DNA of 64,000 bases from Bdellovibrionota bacterium. GTDB taxonomy: Bacteria; Bdellovibrionota; UBA2428. Positions 56,680 to 64,000 of the stretch are shown piece after piece. Each line of letters starts with the position of its first letter. The stretch's first letter is position 1. The stretch is taken from NCBI GenBank assembly GCA_041391385.1, contig JAWKOD010000005.1, positions 67,071 through 131,070 of the forward strand. Reading direction: 5' to 3'. Made by a program: the position numbers and the translations under genes. Under the pieces are notes generated by a model. The model did no database searches, was not told the origin of the DNA, and saw only the letters and a program-made list of their open reading frames with translations.

Positions 56680-58193
56680 TAAAATATCACCTCAGGATTT
56701 AGAATGAAGTTAGGGTCCATTTTAAGTTTTTCGTCATAGTATTTTTGCATCATTTCTTTTCCAAAAACTTTTGGAATATAAGATTTCATGCCGCCACCAA
56801 ATCGGTAAAAGCTTGATTGATGAGCAATGCCAACATCATATATTTCGTTTTTAAAGCTTTGAAAGCGATCTCGGCTATAGGCTTCATTTAAAATCATGGG
56901 CTCATACTCACATCCCCAGGCATAGCCTTTAGCGTTTGGAGGGATACAGGAAAGGTCGTAGTGCTCGCCTCTGTCTTCTTGAATTTTAATTCATACACAA
57001 TAGAGAGTGAAGTAAGGAAAGTGTTTTTTGCATACTTTGACGCCTTCAATAACGGCATCTGCAAAGTTCTCTGTGTTTGTAGCAATATCGGGTATGACGA
57101 CCACTTTGCCGCCCCAAAACTTCCACACAGCGCGAGAGTAGACAACGGTTCGATCGTGAATTTTGTTCCCATCCATAAACTCTGGACGATGAAATTCGGG
57201 GAAGAGTGCTTGCTTGCGTTTGAAAAGAAATAAAGCTTCTTTTAAGAGCCAGGGTCTAAGAAGATAGTGTATTCCCATCCTGATAGCGAAAATCATTTCA
57301 GAGTACCCGCGTACTTTTTTAAGATGCTTTTTCTTAAACTCTGCCTCTGCTTCGTCTGAGTCAAAAGCTACAAGAAGGTTTATGGCTTTGTCATTTATTG
57401 TGAGAATGCCAAAGTAGTCAGCAGCTTTGTCAAAGACCAGCTGTTGCATATCTTCAATGGCGGTGCGCATATCGCTGTAGAAGAAATAGCTCATGCGAAT
57501 TGGGGTGTATTTGCGAACCTTGAGTGTAGCTTCTGTGATAACTCCAAACTGGCCATATCCTAGAACAACTTTATTGAAGAGGTCCTTGTTGAGAGTTTTT
57601 GAACACTCGATGATTTCTCCTGTTGGGGTAACCACTTCGAGTGCTTCTACTTGATCAGCAGAGCAACCGCGAACGGGAGAGTTAATGTCGACTCCTCCCA
57701 CGCCAATTGTGCCGCCTACGGAGGAAGTGAAGTTAAGAGGAGCGGATTGATAGTCAAGGCCATAGGGGCGTAAGCCCTCTGCGAATGAATGCCAAAATAT
57801 TCCAGCTTCTGTTCTTGCGAGAAGATTTTCTTTATCGACGTTCTTGATGCGACTCATACCTGTCATATCTAAGAGTACTCCGCCATAGGCAATGGATTCA
57901 CCTTCGGTGGTGAGGCCTCCACCACGAACAGTTACGGGAATTTTATGTTTTTGCGCTGCTTGAAGAAGCTTAGAAATTTGTTTTGCATTTTGTGCTCGCA
58001 AGACACCTGATGGAAGGCCATGTGCGAGACCACCGGCGTCTGTAATAAAAACTGCACGTTTGGCTTTGTGGGTTTCAATCACGACCTCTTGAGCTAATAA
58101 GTCTTCAAGAAAGTTCTCCCAATTGTTATCTTTCCACCGTTGAGGATTTACAGGAAGGTCTCTAAGGCGTGTGACTTCTTGGGTGCTATCCAT
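56679..58193 (-). pseudogene. FAD-linked oxidase (FAD_binding_4 / GlcD / alkyl-DHAP-synthase-like) interrupted by a single in-frame TGA (56991-56993)
   Basis: ORF 56991..58193 carries the PCMH FAD domain (VTVRGGGLTTEGES, SSVGGTIGVGG). The same frame continues after the TGA as IKIQEDRGEHYDLSCIPPNAKGYAWGCEYEP and into ORF 56679..56897, ending KLKMDPNFILNPEVIF, a typical family C-terminus. Confidence 0.75.
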
Positions 58194-58353
58194 CTCCTAA
58201 ATAAAAACGTAGTTTTGGAATAATGTCGATCTGCTCTTTCTGGGGACTGAAGACAGTGCGTATTGTAAGAGTTTAAGCTGACAAGTTAAGTGTCTGAAAA
58301 TATTGGCATTATTTTTGACGCACGTTGAGCATTCATTCGTACGATAAGAAGGC

Positions 58354-59475
58354 GTGCTCAAGCAGCTAGTTTTAGTCTTTTTATTGTTCTTTAGCTTTAG
58401 GGGTGAAGCTTTAGTGTCTGGGTGCTTGAGAGCCGTTCGCAATGCTTTTGCTACTAAGCGCACATTTCAATTAGATGACTTTAAAAATGAATTAGCTATG
58501 CTGAGAAACGAATTTCCACGTCACGGGATAAGTATTCAAAAAAGACATAAGCGCTTTCTAGAACTCTATAATCTAGGGCGCTTTGATACCCCTGAAAAAC
58601 TTTTGGCCGCTACGGCGCATTTTTTTGACAACCATGAATTTAATTTGAGTGAATTGATCGATAAAAATTTAGATAAAATATTAATACAAAAGCGCTTGGA
58701 CTTGTTAAAGGAGCCACTTTCTAAAAAAGGAGAAATCCGATTAAGCAATGAAGTTCCCAAGGATGAAGCTTCATATTACGATTGGCTTTCTCAAGTGATG
58801 AATATTTTTCATCACGCTGAGTTGCGAGATATAGCAATGAGCGTGTCCACTAATCCTTTAGCTAGCAATGGTGCTTTTGTAACTCGCTACAAAGCTCAAG
58901 TAGAAAATAAAATACAAGAAAGCGAAAATGCGTATAGGTCTTTTATTGCTCGCATAAGTCGCGTTGCTCCTGAGTTTAAGAATAAATTTCCGGAGTATGT
59001 ACCCGAACAGGGATGGTTTCCTTACGTTGTACGCTCAGCATATTATACAACTCTTTTAAGGCCTCCATGGACTGAGCTCTCAAAACGACCATTGAGTAGT
59101 GAAGATTCAGGGGTTCGTACAAATCATCAGCTCTATTGGCCTCGATGGGTTGTGCAGAATCAGGCACGCATTGGTCTTGTTCTGGGATCCACCGTTGGTA
59201 CTTTGTTTGGAGCTTATGCGCTAACTTTGGATGAAGAGGAACTTCGGGCGATAGCTATGGAGAATGCACCTGAGTTCGCTAAGATGCTCTTTAATCTTGA
59301 TAAAGAAAAGATGAGTCAAGAGCACAATAAGTATTATGATAAGTTCTTAAAAGAGCGCAAGATTGAAATACAAAATAGATTAAGCGAAATGAAGAAGAGA
59401 TCTCTTTCAGAAGACGAACGCAATGATAAAGAAAAGCTAGAAAATGAACTAAGAGAACTCAGTGAAGATCTCTAG
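58354..59475 (+). CDS. hypothetical protein with signal peptide, internal TM and charged coiled C-terminus
   Basis: 373-codon ORF, GTG start, MLKQLVLVFLLFFSF signal, RIGLVLGSTVGTLFGAYALT helix. Confidence 0.6.
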   Translation: MLKQLVLVFLLFFSFRGEALVSGCLRAVRNAFATKRTFQLDDFKNELAMLRNEFPRHGISIQKRHKRFLELYNLGRFDTPEKLLAATAHFFDNHEFNLSELIDKNLDKILIQKRLDLLKEPLSKKGEIRLSNEVPKDEASYYDWLSQVMNIFHHAELRDIAMSVSTNPLASNGAFVTRYKAQVENKIQESENAYRSFIARISRVAPEFKNKFPEYVPEQGWFPYVVRSAYYTTLLRPPWTELSKRPLSSEDSGVRTNHQLYWPRWVVQNQARIGLVLGSTVGTLFGAYALTLDEEELRAIAMENAPEFAKMLFNLDKEKMSQEHNKYYDKFLKERKIEIQNRLSEMKKRSLSEDERNDKEKLENELRELSEDL

Positions 59476-59523
59476 AGTTAGAGGTCTTCACTGAGTTCTG
59501 CGTAAGTAAGGTAGATTCTTCAA

Positions 59524-60432
59524 CTACTGAGTTAGCTTAAGCTGTAGGGCTTCTGCTTGTAACTCAAGAGGAGCATCTTTAGATCCAATTTGACCATTGA
59601 GTACAACCATTGTTGCATCTCCAATGATGACATCATCCAAAAACGATTGAATTGTTTTTCCAGCCATTGAAAGTGAGCCACTTCCTACGGTTTTTAAGCT
59701 CTCGAAGCTTTGAGCAGAGGCTTCTTTGAAGTTTTTGTTCTTCCAGGCATCAAGTGATTTTTTAGCTTCGTCGCCTAAAAGAGAAAGGCCTGAATTAGCT
59801 ACAAAATTATCACCGTTTACAAGAGAGTAAATGCCTACGTTGAGGCGAATACGGTTAAGTAAAAATACAGGGATAGCTCCCTCGCCTGCTAATCCTAAAT
59901 ACCAGCCCGACATGTCGAGAGTACGCTTCATCTTGGGGGTTCCGTCTTTATTGTTGTGGGCAAAAATAAGAACAATTCCAAATTGACCTTGTATGCCAGC
60001 TTCAAAAGCTTTGTCAGTTCTTTTGGCAGTAAGGTTGGCTCCGATTAAGCTCGCACCTTTAACGTCAAGTGATTTAGCGCCGGAATCGTCTTTGTTTATA
60101 GTGAAAATCGGACCAAAAATTGCCTGACCACCGATACCTAAAATTGTTTTTTTCTTTCCTGTTTGAACACTTAAAAATTGAACTCCACCATCGACTCCAC
60201 CCATGATGCCGATAGCATAAAGAGGTGTTTGGGTGTTATCTAAGATGACGTTAGTCGCGTCTCCTAGTTCTTCTAAGTACTTTTGCGTTTCAGGGTCTGC
60301 TTTTTCTTTAAGCTGCTCAATAACCGCTTTTAAGCGTATTTTTGCTTGAGAAGCGTTCATACCGCTAACTTCTCCAGCAGTTGATATAAGACTAAGGCCC
60401 ATACCTAAAGCCAAAATGAGTGATTTTTTCAT
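59524..60432 (-). CDS. hypothetical secreted Gly-rich beta protein
   Basis: 302-codon ORF, signal MKKSLILALGMGLSLISTAG. No family recognised. Confidence 0.6.
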   Translation of the reverse strand: MKKSLILALGMGLSLISTAGEVSGMNASQAKIRLKAVIEQLKEKADPETQKYLEELGDATNVILDNTQTPLYAIGIMGGVDGGVQFLSVQTGKKKTILGIGGQAIFGPIFTINKDDSGAKSLDVKGASLIGANLTAKRTDKAFEAGIQGQFGIVLIFAHNNKDGTPKMKRTLDMSGWYLGLAGEGAIPVFLLNRIRLNVGIYSLVNGDNFVANSGLSLLGDEAKKSLDAWKNKNFKEASAQSFESLKTVGSGSLSMAGKTIQSFLDDVIIGDATMVVLNGQIGSKDAPLELQAEALQLKLTQ

Positions 60433-60611
60433 GCGAATACAATCTCCATAGGGGGTGTGTTTTGCAAAGAGCGTACCTGTATTGGAAGCCTTCTAAATGC
60501 GCTATTTGCGGTATTTAGCTCGCTTGTTTCTAGTGAGGAGCGCTTAAGGCTTCTCAGTGTCTAGGATTTTTACAGCTTGAAAGGCATTGCTGCTTTTGTC
60601 ATTCTTCCAGT

Positions 60612-61451
60612 GTGCAAGATTCTATATTTGAGGTTGTCACTACCACTACGGGAGCTACTTCTATTCGCAATAAACGACTCAACGAGACGATGCACAATCC
60701 TGTGGGCCCATGGCTTGAAGCGAATTCACTCTATATTGAACAATCTTCATTGAGAGAACGACTCTCAAGTAACTTGAATCAAGAACTTGTTATCTTTGAT
60801 GTGGGGCTAGGGGCTGCCGCAAACTCTCTTGCCGCTATTCATTGTGCACGCTCTTTGAAAAAACACAGGCCATTGAGAATTGTAAGTTTTGAACGCGATT
60901 TGGATTTACTTCGCTTTGCCTTAGAGAAGTCCAAGAATTTTGAGCATTTTTATGGATATGAAGGGGCTATTGAGTCTTTGCTCAAAAATAGCGTTTGGAA
61001 TTCAGATTATATTACGTGGGAGTTAAGGCATGGGGATTTTGTATCTCTCATTGAAAAGGAATCGCAATTAGCTGATATTGTTTTTTATGATCCTTATTCA
61101 CCTAACGTAAATACAGAAATGTGGACATTGTCTCTTTTTCAAAAACTTAAGCAGAAGTGTCGGGTCTCAGAAGAAGGCGCGCTTCTTTTGACTTATAGTA
61201 AGGCAACACCGGTTAGAGTGGCTTTGTTGTGCTCAGGTTTTTATGTAGGCGCGGGTTGTGGCACGGGCGAAAAAGATGAGACAACGATTGCTGCCACCAA
61301 AAAGGATTTACTCGCAAATCCTTTTTCGGATCGTTGGTTTACTCGATGGAAGAATTCCAGTGTTCCCTATCCTTTGGGTACCGTAGAGGCTGAGCAGGCG
61401 CTGATACGAGAAATGATTTGCGCACATGAGCAGTTTCAAGATTTAGCTTAA
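60612..61451 (+). CDS. MnmC-like SAM-dependent methyltransferase domain protein (DUF752 type)
   Basis: IFDVGLGAAAN (SAM motif) and DIVFYDPYSPNVNTEMWT (cf. DAxFxDGFxPxxNPxMW of the MnmC methyltransferase domain). GTG start. Confidence 0.65.
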   Translation: MQDSIFEVVTTTTGATSIRNKRLNETMHNPVGPWLEANSLYIEQSSLRERLSSNLNQELVIFDVGLGAAANSLAAIHCARSLKKHRPLRIVSFERDLDLLRFALEKSKNFEHFYGYEGAIESLLKNSVWNSDYITWELRHGDFVSLIEKESQLADIVFYDPYSPNVNTEMWTLSLFQKLKQKCRVSEEGALLLTYSKATPVRVALLCSGFYVGAGCGTGEKDETTIAATKKDLLANPFSDRWFTRWKNSSVPYPLGTVEAEQALIREMICAHEQFQDLA

Positions 61452-61462
61452 AGTTGTAATAC

Positions 61463-61798
61463 GTGTTCATGATGTTTTTTCTTAAAACTCTTATTTCTGG
61501 TTTACTTGTTGCAGGTGCTTCTACTTTGGCAAGAAAGTATCCGGGGCCTGCAGGCATCATGATCGCACTTCCAATAACGACATTTTTAACAATGGCATGG
61601 ATGGGCTTTGAGGGAGTGCGCTCTCAGGAGATGGCTACTTTTCTACAAAGTGTCGGTTGGATTACAGCATCTGGCTTAGGTTTGTTTTTTCTAACTCCAT
61701 GGCTTATTCGTTTGGGGTGGGGCTTTTGGCCTGCTTTTTCGTTAGGCTTTCTGTCTTTAGTCCTTGGAACTTGGGTTGCTTATAAGTTTGCAGCTTAA
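61463..61798 (+). CDS. small 4-TM membrane protein (DUF3147-like)
   Basis: 111 aa, four hydrophobic helices. The family call is tentative. Confidence 0.45.
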   Translation: MFMMFFLKTLISGLLVAGASTLARKYPGPAGIMIALPITTFLTMAWMGFEGVRSQEMATFLQSVGWITASGLGLFFLTPWLIRLGWGFWPAFSLGFLSLVLGTWVAYKFAA

Positions 61799-63468
61799 GG
61801 GGTTATTTGATTTTCAGAAATTATACTTTGAAGAGTGTCATCTAAGAGTCGAATCGTCTGAGCCAAGGGCACTAGGGGCATGGCTTCACTTTCTTCATGA
61901 GGATTTGAGACTTCAGCGCCTATAACAACGATATCCATGTCGGGGTACATTTGCGCGAGTATGCTTGCTTCCACACCACCGTCAGCAACTGTGATATTGA
62001 GGGGGAGTCCCTGCTGCTGTGCATTTTGCGAAACTAGCTGCGTGATGTGGCTAGAACTTTGCGGCTGCCATGGAGGGCTATATCCCAAAGTGTTAAAGTC
62101 GTGCTGGGGAAGTCCATCGGTCATTTTATCTTTAACTAAATTCATAAAACGGAAGTAGCTATTGGTTTCAAAAAAACGAGGCATAAAGGCACATCTAAGG
62201 CCAGTATCGTCAATTGCGATAAAAGCAGTGTTAGAAGAAAAGCGCCAGTCACGAATATTGCGGGGCCAGTTCGTATTGCTGTTTCGTATAGAGCCATCTG
62301 GAATTGAGTCGATAGTGAGAAGGGCGTTTTTAAGTTCACTCCAATTGAGTACTGAAGTCGGAGTGCTTTTATTGTTTTGAAGAACGAAGCTGAATTTTTT
62401 AAAGCTTTCGATTCCCCTGTATTGCGATCTTAATTTTGCTTCAAATTTGAAAAGAACTTCTTTAAGTTTTTTTACTTGTTCGGGTGCAAGAGCAATATCA
62501 ATTGAAAATTTATTAGGTATGGCATTAAAGGTTCCTTCGGTTCCGGCATTTAAAGAAACGATATTGAGCTCGGGGAGTGCTTCCTTGATGAGGAGCGCTA
62601 ACTGAGTTGCTTCATGGGTGGCATTGGCTCTTCCCAAGCCAATTTTCATTCCAGAGTGTCCACCCTCTAAACCACTTAATTTTATGGAGTAAGCTTTTTG
62701 TCCCGGGGCAACTGCTTCGCGCTTTATTGGTTTTGTGTTGACGGTCAATCGCGCGGCTCCTATCGATCCTATGAGAGCTTCGTGTACAGCTCCAGAATCA
62801 AGTGAAATCGCTATGCGAGACTCAATAGAAAATCCCAATTGAGTAGCGCCAATAAGGCCAGTCTCTTCTTCGACTGTAAAAAGGAGTTCAAGTCGAGGAT
62901 GCGGCAGTTCCGGGTTTCGCATGTATTCCATCATGATGGCCACACCACTCCCGTTATCTGCACCAATGGTGTTGTGTTGATCTTTGGATTGAATGCTTCC
63001 ACTTTTCCATTCGAGTGGCATGACTCCGCTATTGGATTGGTAAAATGCAAGGGCGTCTTTCAGAGTGTCTATGCCTTTAACTTTCGGTACGATGTCCAGG
63101 TGTGATTGAATTAAAACAGAGGGAATACTCTCTCCGCCCTTAATATTAGAAGGGACGATTATAAGTAGATTGCCAGCGTCATCGGTTGAGTGTTCGAAGC
63201 CTTTTGCATGAGCTTCTTGAATTAGAAAAGCGCGCACTTCAGCTTCGTGCTCAGAGGGGCGACTTATTTTTGATATTTCTACAAAGTTAGCAAGAACATC
63301 AGAGGTGTTGGGGTGAATAGCGTCTGCATCTTCAAGAGCTTCAATCGGAAGCGAGTGAATGTCTCTTTGTAGGGAGGCGTAGCAATCTGCATGCGTAAGT
63401 GGCGCTGCCAAGGAAAGAAGGAAAGGGGCTAAAAATTTAAGTAATATTCGCTGCAGGGAGTGTCTCAA
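61795..63468 (-). CDS. M20-family peptidase, aminoacyl-histidine dipeptidase (PepD)-like, with signal peptide
   Basis: HLDIVP, GADNGSGVA, EEETGLIGA metal-ligand motifs. N-terminal LLSLAAPLTHA signal. Confidence 0.8.
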   Translation of the reverse strand: MRHSLQRILLKFLAPFLLSLAAPLTHADCYASLQRDIHSLPIEALEDADAIHPNTSDVLANFVEISKISRPSEHEAEVRAFLIQEAHAKGFEHSTDDAGNLLIIVPSNIKGGESIPSVLIQSHLDIVPKVKGIDTLKDALAFYQSNSGVMPLEWKSGSIQSKDQHNTIGADNGSGVAIMMEYMRNPELPHPRLELLFTVEEETGLIGATQLGFSIESRIAISLDSGAVHEALIGSIGAARLTVNTKPIKREAVAPGQKAYSIKLSGLEGGHSGMKIGLGRANATHEATQLALLIKEALPELNIVSLNAGTEGTFNAIPNKFSIDIALAPEQVKKLKEVLFKFEAKLRSQYRGIESFKKFSFVLQNNKSTPTSVLNWSELKNALLTIDSIPDGSIRNSNTNWPRNIRDWRFSSNTAFIAIDDTGLRCAFMPRFFETNSYFRFMNLVKDKMTDGLPQHDFNTLGYSPPWQPQSSSHITQLVSQNAQQQGLPLNITVADGGVEASILAQMYPDMDIVVIGAEVSNPHEESEAMPLVPLAQTIRLLDDTLQSIISENQITP

Positions 63469-63591
63469 AACAAGGTTACTTTAGGGTTTTAGACGCTCTG
63501 AGTCAACGATTTTAGCTCTCCCTGCAAGAGCTTTTTTCAATCCCTTGGGAGCTTGTTGGGAGTGGCCCATTGAATTAGCTTTTGCCTGGTT

Positions 63592-64000
63592 ATGACGTTT
63601 AAGCTTCGAAAGAAATTACTGGCTGAATTCATGGGGACTGCCTTTTTACTCGCTATCGTAGTGGGCTCTGGAATTATGGGCGATCAGCTCTCCGGGGGGA
63701 ATGTGGCCATAGCCCTTTTGGCGAATTCACTTGCGACGGGAGCAGGACTTGCGGTTCTTATCTTGATGTTTGGTGCCATCTCGGGAGCTCACTTTAATCC
63801 TGTCGTGACTTTAGTTGAGAGTTTAAGGGGACATCTTAGTAAACGAGTCGCGGGACTCTATGTATTGGCTCAAGGACTAGGGGCCTTTGTTGGGGTCTTG
63901 GTGGCCCACCTTATGTTTAATCAAAGTGCTTATTCGCTTTCCTTACACGAGCGTGCAGGCCCTTCTCAGTGGTTGAGTGAATTTGTTGCAACTTTTGGGC
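63592..64000 (+). CDS. MIP-family channel (aquaporin/glycerol-facilitator-like), 3' end outside window
   Basis: ATG 63592. LAEFMGTAFLL.., first half-helix motif SGAHFNPVVT (NPV instead of NPA). Open to the window end, so absent from the ORF track. Confidence 0.85.
   Translation, partial: MTFKLRKKLLAEFMGTAFLLAIVVGSGIMGDQLSGGNVAIALLANSLATGAGLAVLILMFGAISGAHFNPVVTLVESLRGHLSKRVAGLYVLAQGLGAFVGVLVAHLMFNQSAYSLSLHERAGPSQWLSEFVATFG

Noticed and set aside
56900-56993. Selenocysteine insertion at the in-frame TGA of the FAD-linked oxidase
   Set aside because: Not adopted as the call. There is only a weak, interrupted hairpin downstream, no sel genes in the window, and TGG-to-TGA is a one-step mutation. 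It is kept as a testable alternative in the findings.
56894-57172. 92-aa minus-strand ORF bridging the two pieces of the FAD-linked oxidase
   Set aside because: It is an alternative frame. The oxidase frame itself is continuous apart from one TGA and encodes family-typical sequence, so this ORF is a by-product.
58197-58463. 88-aa minus-strand ORF
   Set aside because: It spans the divergent promoter region and the 5' end of gene 58354..59475 in antisense. Lys/Thr-rich with no RBS.
1-64000. Search for tRNA, rRNA, riboswitches, transposases, integrases, phage genes, toxin-antitoxin pairs or known defence genes
   Set aside because: None recognised by eye. Intergenic regions are short (mostly under 250 bp), and those inspected showed no cloverleaf-like or conserved leader structure. 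A covariance-model scan (tRNAscan/Infernal) would be needed to be sure.

Overview
About 64 kb of tightly packed chromosome from a Gram-negative bacterium. The Gram-negative call rests on lipoboxes, a beta-barrel remnant ending in Phe, a Tat signal and a cbb3 oxidase. I support roughly 70 protein genes. By eye I recognised no rRNA, tRNA, CRISPR array, transposase or integrase. Housekeeping genes present: a DEAD-box helicase (5' partial), nadD, rplU-rpmA-obg, queA, miaB, hldD, a stand-alone EF-G, pgi, an acyl-CoA dehydrogenase, a cystathionine beta-synthase/gamma-lyase pair, ldhA, a beta-CASP MBL hydrolase and an MIP channel (3' partial). These are interspersed with many signal-peptide proteins of no recognisable family; this gives a predatory Bdellovibrio-like or Oligoflexia-like impression, which is an impression only.

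Main observations:
1. An unusual density of broken reading frames. Four minus-strand genes, including the essential obg, are each split by a 1-nt deficit in a short plus-strand T run. Separately, a heavily decayed island at 28.0-30.1 kb carries an outer-membrane barrel gene, a hotdog dehydratase pair and the tail of a Gly-rich secreted protein, with several frameshifts and in-frame stops.
2. An eight-gene translationally coupled minus-strand cluster at 50.8-58.2 kb: FAD-linked oxidase with an in-frame TGA, 2x[4Fe-4S] protein, geranylgeranyl-reductase-like flavoprotein, DinB-like protein, VTT/DedA-ATP-grasp fusion, YHS-like protein, DoxX and NRDE. I cannot assign it to a known pathway.
3. A cbb3 oxidase supercluster at 44.0-50.3 kb. 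It has a divergent HiPIP gene, a perfect FNR-type palindrome at class II distance from a -10 element, seven small membrane ORFs, a CBS-pair protein and an FNR-like regulator.
4. A Sec-exported protein at 8281-9342 whose motif order and spacing match a protein-kinase fold.

All family calls come from motifs read directly in the translations. No database search was run.
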